Below are positions 34,042 through 43,548 of a stretch of DNA of 64,000 bases, in pieces. Both the position numbers and the translations under genes were made by a program. Under the pieces are notes generated by a model, which saw only the letters and a list, made by a program, of their open reading frames with translations, made no database searches and was not told the DNA's origin. Numbering within the stretch: position 1 is the stretch's first letter; each line of letters opens with the position of its first letter. The DNA is from Planctomycetota bacterium (GTDB lineage: Bacteria; Planctomycetota; B15-G4), in NCBI GenBank assembly GCA_965248575.1, contig CBDFJQ010000002.1, positions 3,136,001 to 3,200,000 on the forward strand, read 5' to 3'.

Positions 34042-35316
34042 TCACATCTTGGTGAACGCTCGTCTCTCGATCACTCCCCGCTCCGGATTGATCTGGAGGA
34101 AGGTCGAGACAAGCACCCCGATCTCCCCAGCGCCCGAAGGCAAGGTCGCGCAGGACACCCCAAAGCCCTTGCCCCCATCCCGGGGGTGAAGCCGCAGCAG
34201 TTCGGCTCCCGTACGCCCCGAAAGAACGGCTGCGTACGACCGATTGCCATGTGGGGAGTCGTCCGGCCCGAAAAAGGAACCTGGTGCACCACAGAGCAAA
34301 TCGGCAACCCCATCGCCGTCATGATCCGCGATGGGTTCGACGGACCAGCCGAACAGCACGGCCGTGGCATCCCCAAGCCGGGACCAAAGCACGTCTCCCT
34401 CAGACGCTGAGACAGCCGTCACAACCCCAGCATGCCTCTGCAGGCCGTGGTTGATGGGGGCGCTGGGCCAACAGACAGCCAGATCGTCCACTCCGTCACC
34501 TGATAGGTCGCCGACGCGTCGGATGCGAGATGTCTGACCAGCCGTCACTGTCATGCGCCAAAGCGGACGGCCACTGACCCCGTCGAGAAGGAGTACCTGA
34601 GACGATGCCGGCAGGGGATTCCTCAACTCAAGAACACCCACATCGGCGACACCGTCCCGGTTCACGTCGCCCGCACTGCAGGTGACGACCGGTCCTCGAC
34701 TCACGAACAGCTGTTCCACTCCCGCCGCTTGACCGGCGACCAGAATCACGCCATTCCCAACGGCTTCGCCTTCACTGGGCGAGAACCTCCCGCCCAATAA
34801 CCACGCGCCGCCCGGCCGAATCGTCTTCGAGTAGTCGAGTGACGACAAGGACTGGATCTGAGCGCCGTCCCAGCGCAGGACACACTCACCCTTCATGTCG
34901 AGGAGGCGCAACTCGTAGCTCACAGACTTCGCCCGACACCCCGACCCTTCCCTCAGCTCGACCCCAACAGCAACAACAGGCTTCCCCTCCCACAGTCCGA
35001 AGGCTGCGTGACCGGACAACCAACCCATGTCCAGGTCGTAGTGGGCGAGAGCTTCCAGTGAACTCCCATCCCGAATGCTCACTCGACTGAAGAGACTGGA
35101 GGTCGGCTGCTGTCTGAGGCGCTCAAGTGTTGCGAACTCGGAGATCGCATCTCCGTTCACGTCCTCCAAGGGTAGGAGTGCTTCTGCATTGGCAGACAGA
35201 GTCGAGGCGTTCTGATAATGCGGCCGGGTAATCGACCCCGCATCACCCGGCGAGGCACACGAGCAGCCAAGCAAGGCCACTGCTCCGAGGAACGACAGGT
35301 GCCTGCCTAAGCACAT
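34042..35316 (-). CDS. FG-GAP/integrin-like repeat lipoprotein
   Basis: DVNGD, AGDVNRDGVAD, VGDLSGDGVDD, DHDGDGVADLLCGAP; lipobox ALLGC. Confidence 0.7.
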   Translation of the reverse strand: MCLGRHLSFLGAVALLGCSCASPGDAGSITRPHYQNASTLSANAEALLPLEDVNGDAISEFATLERLRQQPTSSLFSRVSIRDGSSLEALAHYDLDMGWLSGHAAFGLWEGKPVVAVGVELREGSGCRAKSVSYELRLLDMKGECVLRWDGAQIQSLSSLDYSKTIRPGGAWLLGGRFSPSEGEAVGNGVILVAGQAAGVEQLFVSRGPVVTCSAGDVNRDGVADVGVLELRNPLPASSQVLLLDGVSGRPLWRMTVTAGQTSRIRRVGDLSGDGVDDLAVCWPSAPINHGLQRHAGVVTAVSASEGDVLWSRLGDATAVLFGWSVEPIADHDGDGVADLLCGAPGSFFGPDDSPHGNRSYAAVLSGRTGAELLRLHPRDGGKGFGVSCATLPSGAGEIGVLVSTFLQINPERGVIERRAFTKM

Positions 35317-35559
35317 CGGGTGTGCCCATCCGCCCACGCAAGCTGCCCGGCGATTGCCGTGTTGGCGAGGACTGGGGGGAGGCCAAGCATGCAATTCCTC
35401 AGGGGACCGGACTCGCAACATCGTGTGCACTCAGGCGGGTCCACCATGCAAGAACGTCTCCCGCCGGCCCTTGGGACGGAACTTCTCCGGGTTCCCTTCT
35501 CGAAACACTCACGGAAATTCGTCAGCGCCTCGAACCCGAAATCTCGTTAGCTTGCCCGC

Positions 35560-37182
35560 ATGAATCTCGCGACCCTCCAACAGCTGGCCCTCGATGTGGC
35601 CTCGGCCCGCTCCCTGGACAGCGTGCTGCTGAATCTCTCCGAAGGGGTGGCTGCCGAACCCGGCATCGCCATGGCGCGGGTCTGGCTCATGGGGCCGGGC
35701 GACCTCTGCGACGCCTGCCCCCTGCGTGAGGAGTGCCCGGACCGCTCGCGCTGCCTGCACCTGGTGGCCAGCGCGGGGCGCTCCGTGGCGGACCCCGACC
35801 AGACCTGGAACAGCACCGACGGTCGCTTCAGCCGCTTCCCCCTCGGCGTGCGCAAGGTCGGCCGCATCGGGGGCTCGGGCAAGGCCGAGTTGTTGCGCAT
35901 CGATGACGACTCGGAGTGGATCGCAGACGCAGTGTGGGCCCGCGCCGAGCAGCTGCATTGCTTCGCGGGCCAACCACTCGTGTTCCGTGGCGAGGTGCTG
36001 GGCGTCCTGGCGGTCTTCAGTCGCGAAGCCATCGATGAGGAGTGCCTCGCCTGGTTGCGCACCTTCGCCGACCAGGCGGCCGTCGCCATCGCCAACGCCC
36101 GGGCCTTCGAGGAAGTGCAACAGCTCCGGGAACAACTCGAGTTGGAGCGCGACTACCTGCGCGAAGAGGTGAAGGTCGCCCGCTCCCACAGCGGCATCGT
36201 GGGCGAGAGCCCCGCCATCCAACGCACGCTGTCGCAGATCGAGAAGGTGGCGCGCAGCGACGCCAACGTACTCATCATCGGCGAGTCAGGCACGGGCAAG
36301 GAGCTGATCGCCTCGGCCCTGCACGAACAGAGCGACCGGCGCGAGAAGCCCATGGTGCGCGTGAACTGCGCGTCCATCCCCCACGACCTCTTCGAGAGCG
36401 AGTTCTTCGGACACGTGCGCGGCGCGTTCACCGGGGCGACCGGCGATCGCAAGGGGCGCTTCCAGGTGGCCGATGGCGGCACCTTGTTGCTGGACGAAGT
36501 GGGCGAGATCCCCCTCGAGCTGCAGGGCAAGTTGTTGCGAGTCCTGCAAGAAGGCGCCTTCTCGCCCGTGGGCTCCGACCGCACCCACTCCGTGGACGTG
36601 CGCATTCTCGCGGCAACCAACCGTGACCTTCAGAAGTCAGTAGAGGCCGGCGAGTTCAGGCAGGACCTCTACTACCGCCTCGCCGTGTTCCCCATCGATG
36701 TGCCGCCGCTGCGGGAGCGCAAGACGGACATCCCACTGCTCGCGGGCCACTTCCTACGTCTCATCTCCTCCCGACGCAACGCATCCGGCCTCATCCTGCG
36801 CCAGCGCGACGTGGCAGCGCTCACGGCCTACGACTGGCCGGGCAACATCCGCGAGCTACAAAACGTCATCGAGCGCGCTGCCATTCTCTCCACGGCGGAT
36901 CGCCTGCACATCGACCTCGCCGCACCAGGCGAGGGCGGCAACACACCGGCGTCGCCGGGCACCAGCCCCTCGCAAGCCGGAGCGGAGGACGGAGAGGGTC
37001 TGCGCGTCGAATCGGAGCGGCTGGCGGATATGAAGGCCGACATCGAACGTGCCCTGGGCCTGACCGACGGCCGGGTGTCCGGGCCATCCGGCGCCGCAGC
37101 TCTGCTCGGCATCAAGCCCACGACCCTCGCCTCGCGCATGAAGGCCCTGGGCATCCCAAGGCCCCAGCGAAGCGGCGGCTAG
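35560..37182 (+). CDS. Sigma-54 enhancer-binding protein, GAF-AAA-HTH (FhlA-like)
   Basis: GESGTGKE, GAFTGA, LDEVGE, WPGNIRELQN, C-terminal HTH. Confidence 0.93.
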   Translation: MNLATLQQLALDVASARSLDSVLLNLSEGVAAEPGIAMARVWLMGPGDLCDACPLREECPDRSRCLHLVASAGRSVADPDQTWNSTDGRFSRFPLGVRKVGRIGGSGKAELLRIDDDSEWIADAVWARAEQLHCFAGQPLVFRGEVLGVLAVFSREAIDEECLAWLRTFADQAAVAIANARAFEEVQQLREQLELERDYLREEVKVARSHSGIVGESPAIQRTLSQIEKVARSDANVLIIGESGTGKELIASALHEQSDRREKPMVRVNCASIPHDLFESEFFGHVRGAFTGATGDRKGRFQVADGGTLLLDEVGEIPLELQGKLLRVLQEGAFSPVGSDRTHSVDVRILAATNRDLQKSVEAGEFRQDLYYRLAVFPIDVPPLRERKTDIPLLAGHFLRLISSRRNASGLILRQRDVAALTAYDWPGNIRELQNVIERAAILSTADRLHIDLAAPGEGGNTPASPGTSPSQAGAEDGEGLRVESERLADMKADIERALGLTDGRVSGPSGAAALLGIKPTTLASRMKALGIPRPQRSGG

Positions 37183-37334
37183 GTAGCAGCCAGGCGGAAC
37201 CGACAGCAGCACCCCAGCCAACTCCGCGCCGCGACCCCCTTGCGCCGACCGCCGGGGAACGCTTCCATCTGGTCATGGCACACCGACCGCAACGCACGCA
37301 GTCTTCACAACTCGCCTCTTCCCGTCGGCAGCGG

Positions 37335-38045
37335 ATGATGGGCGCCGCCTCGCGAGCGCTGCAGCTCGTGGCGCTGCTTGCCGCCACAAGCACGGTGGGC
37401 TTCGGCTGCTTCGGGCCGCCCCTGGTGTTCTTCCCCAAGGTGGTGCAGGTGGGCTACGAGCGCGCGGAGATCATGGACGCTGACCTCGTGGACCTCGACA
37501 AGGACGGCGACCAGGACATCGTCGTGGCCACCAAGGCTGCCCTGCACTACATGGAGTACACGCCCGAAGGCTACACCGACCAGACCGGCGCCTCGGCCCT
37601 GGCCAAGGTGGCGGTGGTCGACGCCCTGCACCCCGTGGGTGACGACTACATCGCGCGCCGCGGGGACGGCTGGGTGCGCCTGAAGTACTCAGGCATCGGC
37701 AGTTGGCACGAGCAGGCGGACGCGGTCGGGGAATTCACCCCCGATGATCCGCGCGTCGCCTATGGCGACATCAATGGCGATGGCCTCGACGACCGGGCCC
37801 GGGTCAAGGGCACCCGCATCTTCGTCGAGCTGGCCCAGCCCGCCCAGGGCTCCTCCACCCCGGACGGCACGGGTTCGGCCATGCGCTGGGAGGACATCAC
37901 CGGGCGCGTGGGTCTCAGTCAGCTCAACTTCCTGCGACCCGCACGGCGTGTGAGCTTCGGAGACATCGACGGCGACGGCACGCTCGACCTGATGGTGGTC
38001 GCGGGGCGCCTGCTGGTGATGATCAACAACGGTGGCTCGCTCTAG
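37335..38045 (+). CDS. FG-GAP/VCBS repeat lipoprotein
   Basis: DLDKDGDQD, DINGDGLDD, DIDGDGTLD; lipobox VGFGC; start uncertain. Confidence 0.75.
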   Translation: MMGAASRALQLVALLAATSTVGFGCFGPPLVFFPKVVQVGYERAEIMDADLVDLDKDGDQDIVVATKAALHYMEYTPEGYTDQTGASALAKVAVVDALHPVGDDYIARRGDGWVRLKYSGIGSWHEQADAVGEFTPDDPRVAYGDINGDGLDDRARVKGTRIFVELAQPAQGSSTPDGTGSAMRWEDITGRVGLSQLNFLRPARRVSFGDIDGDGTLDLMVVAGRLLVMINNGGSL

Positions 38046-39775
38046 GAGTCCACGGTCTCGGATCCTGACCCGATTTCAGCTGCGGATTCAGCTGCAGTTT
38101 CCGGGAGCATGGGGCGCTGTTTGAGGATGCGCTCGTCCGGGTCGATCAGCACCGCCTGACCGCCGAGCGGGATCGACGCCTTGCCGGACGGCATGAGCAC
38201 GCGCACGCGACGCTCACCGATCTGCAGCGGCACCGGCATGGGGAAGTTCAGGCCCTCGGGCACAACCCACTCCAGGCTCAGGGTGTCGTTCTCGATGCGT
38301 GATTCGAGCACCGGGAGCTTCGGCTGACGCAGATACACCTCGAAAAACCAGCTCAGGTCTTCACCCGCCTGAGCCTCGGCGATGGCGCGGATTTCTTCGG
38401 TGTTGCTGAAACGCACCTGGCTGCCGTCCGTCTTCAGTTCGTCACGTGGGTCGGGGTAGGCCATGCGGCGCAGGGCCTTGAAGAAGACCTCGTCCCCCAA
38501 ACACCAGCGGAGGGTGTGCATGATCCACGAACCCTTGTTGTAGATGTCGTTGTCGTGGGAGCCGTCGGGCGCGAAGTAGATCTGCTTGCTGTCCTGGATC
38601 TGCCGCGGTGCCACGGCGCGCCGGTTGTTGATGCCGCCGCGCGTTTTCTGCATCTCCTTGTGGTAGGCCTGCTCGCCGAAGCGACGCTCCAGATAGAGCG
38701 GCTGCATGTAGGTCCCGATGCCCTCGTGGATCCACATGTCCTTCCAATCGCTGTTGGTCACCAGGTTGCCCCACCACTCGTGGGCCAGCTCATGGTGGTG
38801 CAGCCAGTCGTAGTCCGGGTCGCCCTGACGGAACTTGTTGCCGTAGGCGATGATGGTCTGGTGCTCCATGCCCAGGTGGGGCGTTTCGACCACGCCGTAC
38901 TTCTCGGCGCGGAAGGGGTAGGGGCCCACCAGTTCCTCGTAGAACTCGAGGTGGTCGACGATCTCCGGCAGGAAGGCCAAGCCCTGATCCACGCTCTCGG
39001 GCAGCACATAGAAGTGCACGGGCACCACGACGCCGGCGACGCTGGTGTAGCTGCTCTTCAACAGCTCGTAGGTGCCCACGTTGAGCGCCACGTTGTAGTT
39101 GCTGATGGGTGAGGCGATGTGCCAGCGGTAGGTGTGGGTGCCATCGTCATGGCTGCGGACCGAGCGCAGGGTTCCGTTGGAGGCGACCACCAGGGGTTCA
39201 GGCACGGTCACCAGCAAGTCCATGGTCTCGGGCTTGTCGGACGGGTGGTCCTTGCACGGCCACCAGACGTCGGCCCCTTCACCCTGGCAGGTGGTGGTGA
39301 ACCACGGGCTGCCGTCGGCGCTCTGTGACCAGGTGAAGCCGCCGTCCCAAGGCGCCCGGGGAGCTACCCGCGGCTTGCCCGAATAGTCCACCGTCACATC
39401 CAGGGTGTCGCCGACCCGGAGTGCACCGCGCAGGCGTGAGCGGATGAGCCCGTCCTCATGGGTGAAGGGCAGCGGCTGGCCCTGGGCCACGAGCCGGTGC
39501 ACGGTGAAGGTGTTCTCCAGATGCAGCACCACCTCGTGCAGGGGTTCGAGCACATCGGCCGTCATCTGCAGCCTGCCATCGAGGAACTTCTCGATGGGAT
39601 CGATGGCCACCTCCAGCTTGTAGTGCTGCACATCGATGGCGGCCTGGGCCGGGAGCAGGGGGCCGCCCGAAGCTCCCGGAACATTGGAGGCGTCCGAGCC
39701 CGTGGACGACGAGGGGCTGGCACAACCCACCCCGAGCAGGAGCAGTGCGGACACCGACAGGAAGAGGGCTCTCAT
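38042..39775 (-). CDS. M1 family zinc aminopeptidase, lipoprotein
   Basis: GMEH, HELAHEWWGN...WIHEG, YNKG; lipobox LGVGC. Confidence 0.92.
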   Translation of the reverse strand: MRALFLSVSALLLLGVGCASPSSSTGSDASNVPGASGGPLLPAQAAIDVQHYKLEVAIDPIEKFLDGRLQMTADVLEPLHEVVLHLENTFTVHRLVAQGQPLPFTHEDGLIRSRLRGALRVGDTLDVTVDYSGKPRVAPRAPWDGGFTWSQSADGSPWFTTTCQGEGADVWWPCKDHPSDKPETMDLLVTVPEPLVVASNGTLRSVRSHDDGTHTYRWHIASPISNYNVALNVGTYELLKSSYTSVAGVVVPVHFYVLPESVDQGLAFLPEIVDHLEFYEELVGPYPFRAEKYGVVETPHLGMEHQTIIAYGNKFRQGDPDYDWLHHHELAHEWWGNLVTNSDWKDMWIHEGIGTYMQPLYLERRFGEQAYHKEMQKTRGGINNRRAVAPRQIQDSKQIYFAPDGSHDNDIYNKGSWIMHTLRWCLGDEVFFKALRRMAYPDPRDELKTDGSQVRFSNTEEIRAIAEAQAGEDLSWFFEVYLRQPKLPVLESRIENDTLSLEWVVPEGLNFPMPVPLQIGERRVRVLMPSGKASIPLGGQAVLIDPDERILKQRPMLPETAAESAAEIGSGSETVDS

Positions 39776-39852
39776 GAATCCGGACTCCGGGGCAAGCGGG
39801 CGATGGGAGGCTGGATCATCCTCCGAAGCGGGGGCACGGTCCAGAAAAGGGT

Positions 39853-41046
39853 TCAGCGCAGCACGACGCTCGCGCCGGACAGGAGGTCATGCAGGGAACG
39901 ACGGTCGGAACGCATCCAGCCGCAGAGCACGTCGGCAGCCAAAAGCACCCACATTCCCACCAACAGCAAGAGGGGTGGACCGCTGATCTCCAGCACCTGG
40001 TCGGGCCAGCCCTCGATGCGCCACAGGGCGGTGTGCGCCAGTTCCCAGGGCAGGTACTTCAAGACGTTGCGCAGCAGCGCCCTCGGAAAAGGCAGGGGCT
40101 GCACACCCGCAACACCCGCGAGGCCAACCCTCAGATGCAGGGCGCGCTTGCCGGGCGTCCCCATGCCCCACTTCGAGTCGAACACGCTCGAGACGAGAAT
40201 GATGGGCGCGAGCAGGGCCGCCAAGATGACCAGCTGCGCACGCATCGGATCGTTCCAGACGCCCTCCAACCACGGCGCCGGGAGCTGCGGCATGAGCAGC
40301 GTCAGGACACCCAGCCAGAGGCCGATGAGCAGGATGTCGAGTGCGTAGGCGCACGCCCTCGAGAAACGCGGCGAAGGGACCTCGGCTTTCAAGCGCCGCC
40401 CGGCCTTGTTCTTGCCGTTGCCCTTGCTCTTTCCCTTGGCCGGCAGGTGAGACGGACGTTCAGCGCCTAGACCCAAGGCGTCGCCCAAGCGGCTCTGCAC
40501 CGTGCGCCCCCATCCACGTTGGGCCAGCTCGGCGCGCCAAGCCGCGACACCCGACAGCAAGACGATGGTCGACAAGAGGAACGCCCCCAGCGTGGCCCAG
40601 CCCGCGGGGCGCATGCCGCTCTGTTCCGAGAGATCGATGGTGAGCACGCCCAGATGGAAGCTGCCATAGATAGCCAACTGCAGGGCCAGGATGGACGGCC
40701 AGCGCCCCCGCGACGGCGTGATCGCCAACAAGCCCATGAGCACGCCGGCCAAGATGGCCAAGGCGTTGGGTGCCTCGAACCCCCGGGCACTGATGCGCCC
40801 CTCCCAGCCCGAGAGGTCGACGGTGACCCGCGGCGCGTGCAAGAGGTCGGTGTCCAGCGCCGCGTCGACGAACTCACCGACTTCGGCCACGCCGTCGCGC
40901 ACCCCCTGCTCCAACGCGTCCTGGACGCCCTCGTGCACCCGGTCGAAATCCGCACGGCGCGGGTCCGCCTCGCCCCATGAGCCCCAGGAGGACACCAAGA
41001 TCACGACGGCCAGGGCCGCCACGAGTAGTCGTTGCCAAGAGCTCAC
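39853..41046 (-). CDS. RDD family membrane protein with an extra N-terminal membrane domain
   Basis: RACAYALD, TPGKRALHLRV, RRSLHDLLSG; GTG just after the SNF2 stop. Confidence 0.75.
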   Translation of the reverse strand: MSSWQRLLVAALAVVILVSSWGSWGEADPRRADFDRVHEGVQDALEQGVRDGVAEVGEFVDAALDTDLLHAPRVTVDLSGWEGRISARGFEAPNALAILAGVLMGLLAITPSRGRWPSILALQLAIYGSFHLGVLTIDLSEQSGMRPAGWATLGAFLLSTIVLLSGVAAWRAELAQRGWGRTVQSRLGDALGLGAERPSHLPAKGKSKGNGKNKAGRRLKAEVPSPRFSRACAYALDILLIGLWLGVLTLLMPQLPAPWLEGVWNDPMRAQLVILAALLAPIILVSSVFDSKWGMGTPGKRALHLRVGLAGVAGVQPLPFPRALLRNVLKYLPWELAHTALWRIEGWPDQVLEISGPPLLLLVGMWVLLAADVLCGWMRSDRRSLHDLLSGASVVLR

Positions 41047-41053
41047 GAGAGGC

Positions 41054-43378
41054 TCACAGGCGGGCGGCGTCGCGCTCGGTGGGATCGCCATCGCCCGCAG
41101 TAGCATCGGCCGTCACCGGCGCGCCCAGACGTGCTTGCTCCGCGGCGACCACGAGCTTGGCCAGCGAGGTTTCCGTCGCTTCGGCGCTCGCCGCCTTGAT
41201 CACGCTGTCCTTGGCGTAGCGCACGAACAACTCCTGCTTGCCTTCGAGCAGTTCCTTGATGCGCTCGTCTACGCTGTCCCGGGCGAAGAGGCGGTGCACC
41301 ACCACGCGTTCCGTCTGCCCCATGCGATGGGCGCGGGCGATGGCCTGTTCTTCGGTAGACGGCTTCCACTGCGGCTCGAAGAGCACCACCACCGAAGCCG
41401 CCTGTAGGTTGAGCCCCACTCCTGCAGCGGTGATCTGGCCCAGCAACACCGCGTGGCCCTCGTGATCCCGAAAGCGCTGCATGAGCAGCTCGCGATCCTC
41501 GAGGCTCACATCGCCGTGGATGGTGCCCAAGGCAGCGAGGCGGCGCTCCAGTGCAGCCAACACATCCCGGAAGTAGGAGAAGACGAGCACCTTCTTACCC
41601 GCTTCGGCGTGCTCGTCCACCAGGTCCACGAGGCGCCCGAGCTTGCTCGAGTACGGCACCGCCGCTTGCCCCGCGCTCCAGTCGCCGATGCTCGACGCCC
41701 GACGCATGGCCATGATGTTTCCGCTGGCCACCGCCTCGCTGTAGGCCGTGGTCTCTGCAGCATCCAGCTCGACCCACTCCTCCTTGTCGAGGCGCGGGGG
41801 CAGCTCGTGTAGGACGTCCGTCTGGTTGCGGCGCAGGTAGACCCCCGCCACCTGTTGCGCAAAGGCCGCCGGGTCGATGTACGACTCGTCGGGATCCCAC
41901 GCGTCGTCGTCCAGCAACTTGGGCCGCAGCAGGTGCACCAGCATCCGGAACTCGTCCAGCCGATTCTCGATGGGCGTGCCCGTCATGAGGCACACGCGCC
42001 GGGTCATGGGCAACAGCTGCATCACTGCCTGCGTGCGCGACGCCTCAGGGTTCTTGAGGAAATGCGCCTCGTCCGCCACGAGCATGTCGAGGGATTCTGG
42101 CAGGGATTCATCCACCTCCATCAGGCGCAGCGTGGAATAGGACGTGACCGCCACCCCACCATGCTCGATCCACTCGTTGAGTGCCCGCTCGCGACCCGAG
42201 CCGCGCAGGGTGTGCACCTTGAATGACGTGCGCGCCGCGATCTCCCGGCCCCAACTCGGCACCACGGTCGCGGGCGCCACCACCAGGAAGCGCTTGCCCT
42301 CCCCCACGGCTCGCAGATGCACCATGGCCGCCAGGGACTGCATGGTCTTGCCGAGCCCCATGTCGTCCCCCAGGATCGTGCGCTCCTGCACCAACAGGAA
42401 ACGCGCGCCGAAATCCTGATAGCGACGCAGCACCACCGAGAGACCGTCCACCTGGAGCTTGAGGGCCTCCACACGCTGGACGATCTGGTCCGGCAGGCGC
42501 GTCCCCGCTTCGGGGTCCACAGGGGCCAACTTCGCCTCGCGTGGGGAGAGCACACCCTCCAACACGCTCACCACTTCGGCGTGCTGCTCGCGGTAGCTGC
42601 GCTTCAGCGTCTCTAGATCGGGGGTGGGTTCCCGCAGCTTCTGGTCCACCTCCTCCCGCAACCGCCGCGCCTCGCCGCCCAGATCCTCCAGCACCAGCTG
42701 TGCATCACCGTGCAACTGGTCGGAACGCGCGATGACGGCATCGCGATCACCGCGGGCCGCCGAACCGAAGATCCACTTGCCGAAGCTGCTCTCGCCCTTG
42801 ACGTCTGTGAGTCGCTCGCGCAGAGCACCGTGCTCTTCGCGCAGCTTCTGGGTCATGGGGCCCAAGGTCTTGCGCGCCGCCGCCATGTCCAAGCCGCGCT
42901 TCACCAGCTCAGGGGCGTGGCTTTGCTTGAGGTCTGCTTCCGGCGCCGCCACGGAGCGCCCTGCGATCTGCTCATCGAGACGCTTGGCGGCCTGGCGGAT
43001 GCGCTGGGCCGACACGGCCCCCACCCCTTTGACGGCCGTCAACGCACGGGTGGACGAACCGCGCACGTCGGCCAGGCTCCGGTAGCCACCGTCATGCAAC
43101 GAAGCCCAGCGCACGTTCTTCGCGCCCGCATCCTTGAGCGTTTCGACGGGTGTCGACGCGCGCAGCTCGTCGCGGCGATCCTCGGCGTAGGCTGCGGCTG
43201 CTCGGCCCAAGGCTTCGGATGGCTGCTCAAGCCCATGGGCAGTGGCTTTGGTCTCGGACCCCACGGCCCGCACGGACTTTCTAGCCCGTCGCGCAGCGCG
43301 TGACACCCCGGAGGACCGGTAGCCGACATAGGTCCCGCCACTCAGCAGGGCACCCAAGGCAAACAAGAGCTCAAACAT
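41054..43378 (-). CDS. SNF2-family helicase/ATPase with N-terminal hydrophobic anchor and HhH motif
   Basis: GDDMGLGKT, DEAH, TGTPIEN, GVGLNL, QAIARAHRMGQ; HhH VKGVGAVSA. Confidence 0.9.
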   Translation of the reverse strand: MFELLFALGALLSGGTYVGYRSSGVSRAARRARKSVRAVGSETKATAHGLEQPSEALGRAAAAYAEDRRDELRASTPVETLKDAGAKNVRWASLHDGGYRSLADVRGSSTRALTAVKGVGAVSAQRIRQAAKRLDEQIAGRSVAAPEADLKQSHAPELVKRGLDMAAARKTLGPMTQKLREEHGALRERLTDVKGESSFGKWIFGSAARGDRDAVIARSDQLHGDAQLVLEDLGGEARRLREEVDQKLREPTPDLETLKRSYREQHAEVVSVLEGVLSPREAKLAPVDPEAGTRLPDQIVQRVEALKLQVDGLSVVLRRYQDFGARFLLVQERTILGDDMGLGKTMQSLAAMVHLRAVGEGKRFLVVAPATVVPSWGREIAARTSFKVHTLRGSGRERALNEWIEHGGVAVTSYSTLRLMEVDESLPESLDMLVADEAHFLKNPEASRTQAVMQLLPMTRRVCLMTGTPIENRLDEFRMLVHLLRPKLLDDDAWDPDESYIDPAAFAQQVAGVYLRRNQTDVLHELPPRLDKEEWVELDAAETTAYSEAVASGNIMAMRRASSIGDWSAGQAAVPYSSKLGRLVDLVDEHAEAGKKVLVFSYFRDVLAALERRLAALGTIHGDVSLEDRELLMQRFRDHEGHAVLLGQITAAGVGLNLQAASVVVLFEPQWKPSTEEQAIARAHRMGQTERVVVHRLFARDSVDERIKELLEGKQELFVRYAKDSVIKAASAEATETSLAKLVVAAEQARLGAPVTADATAGDGDPTERDAARL

Positions 43379-43548
43379 CTGCGCAGGATACCCAACCCAC
43401 CCGTTTCCAGGCACCACTGCGGAGGGGGCGCGGGAATGCCCGCTGGACGTGGGAGGCCTCGCAACGATGATGGTCGGCCGGGCACATTGCAGGGCACATT
43501 GCCGGGCACCTCGCCGGCTACACCAAGGACACGTGGCAGGAGCAGCAC

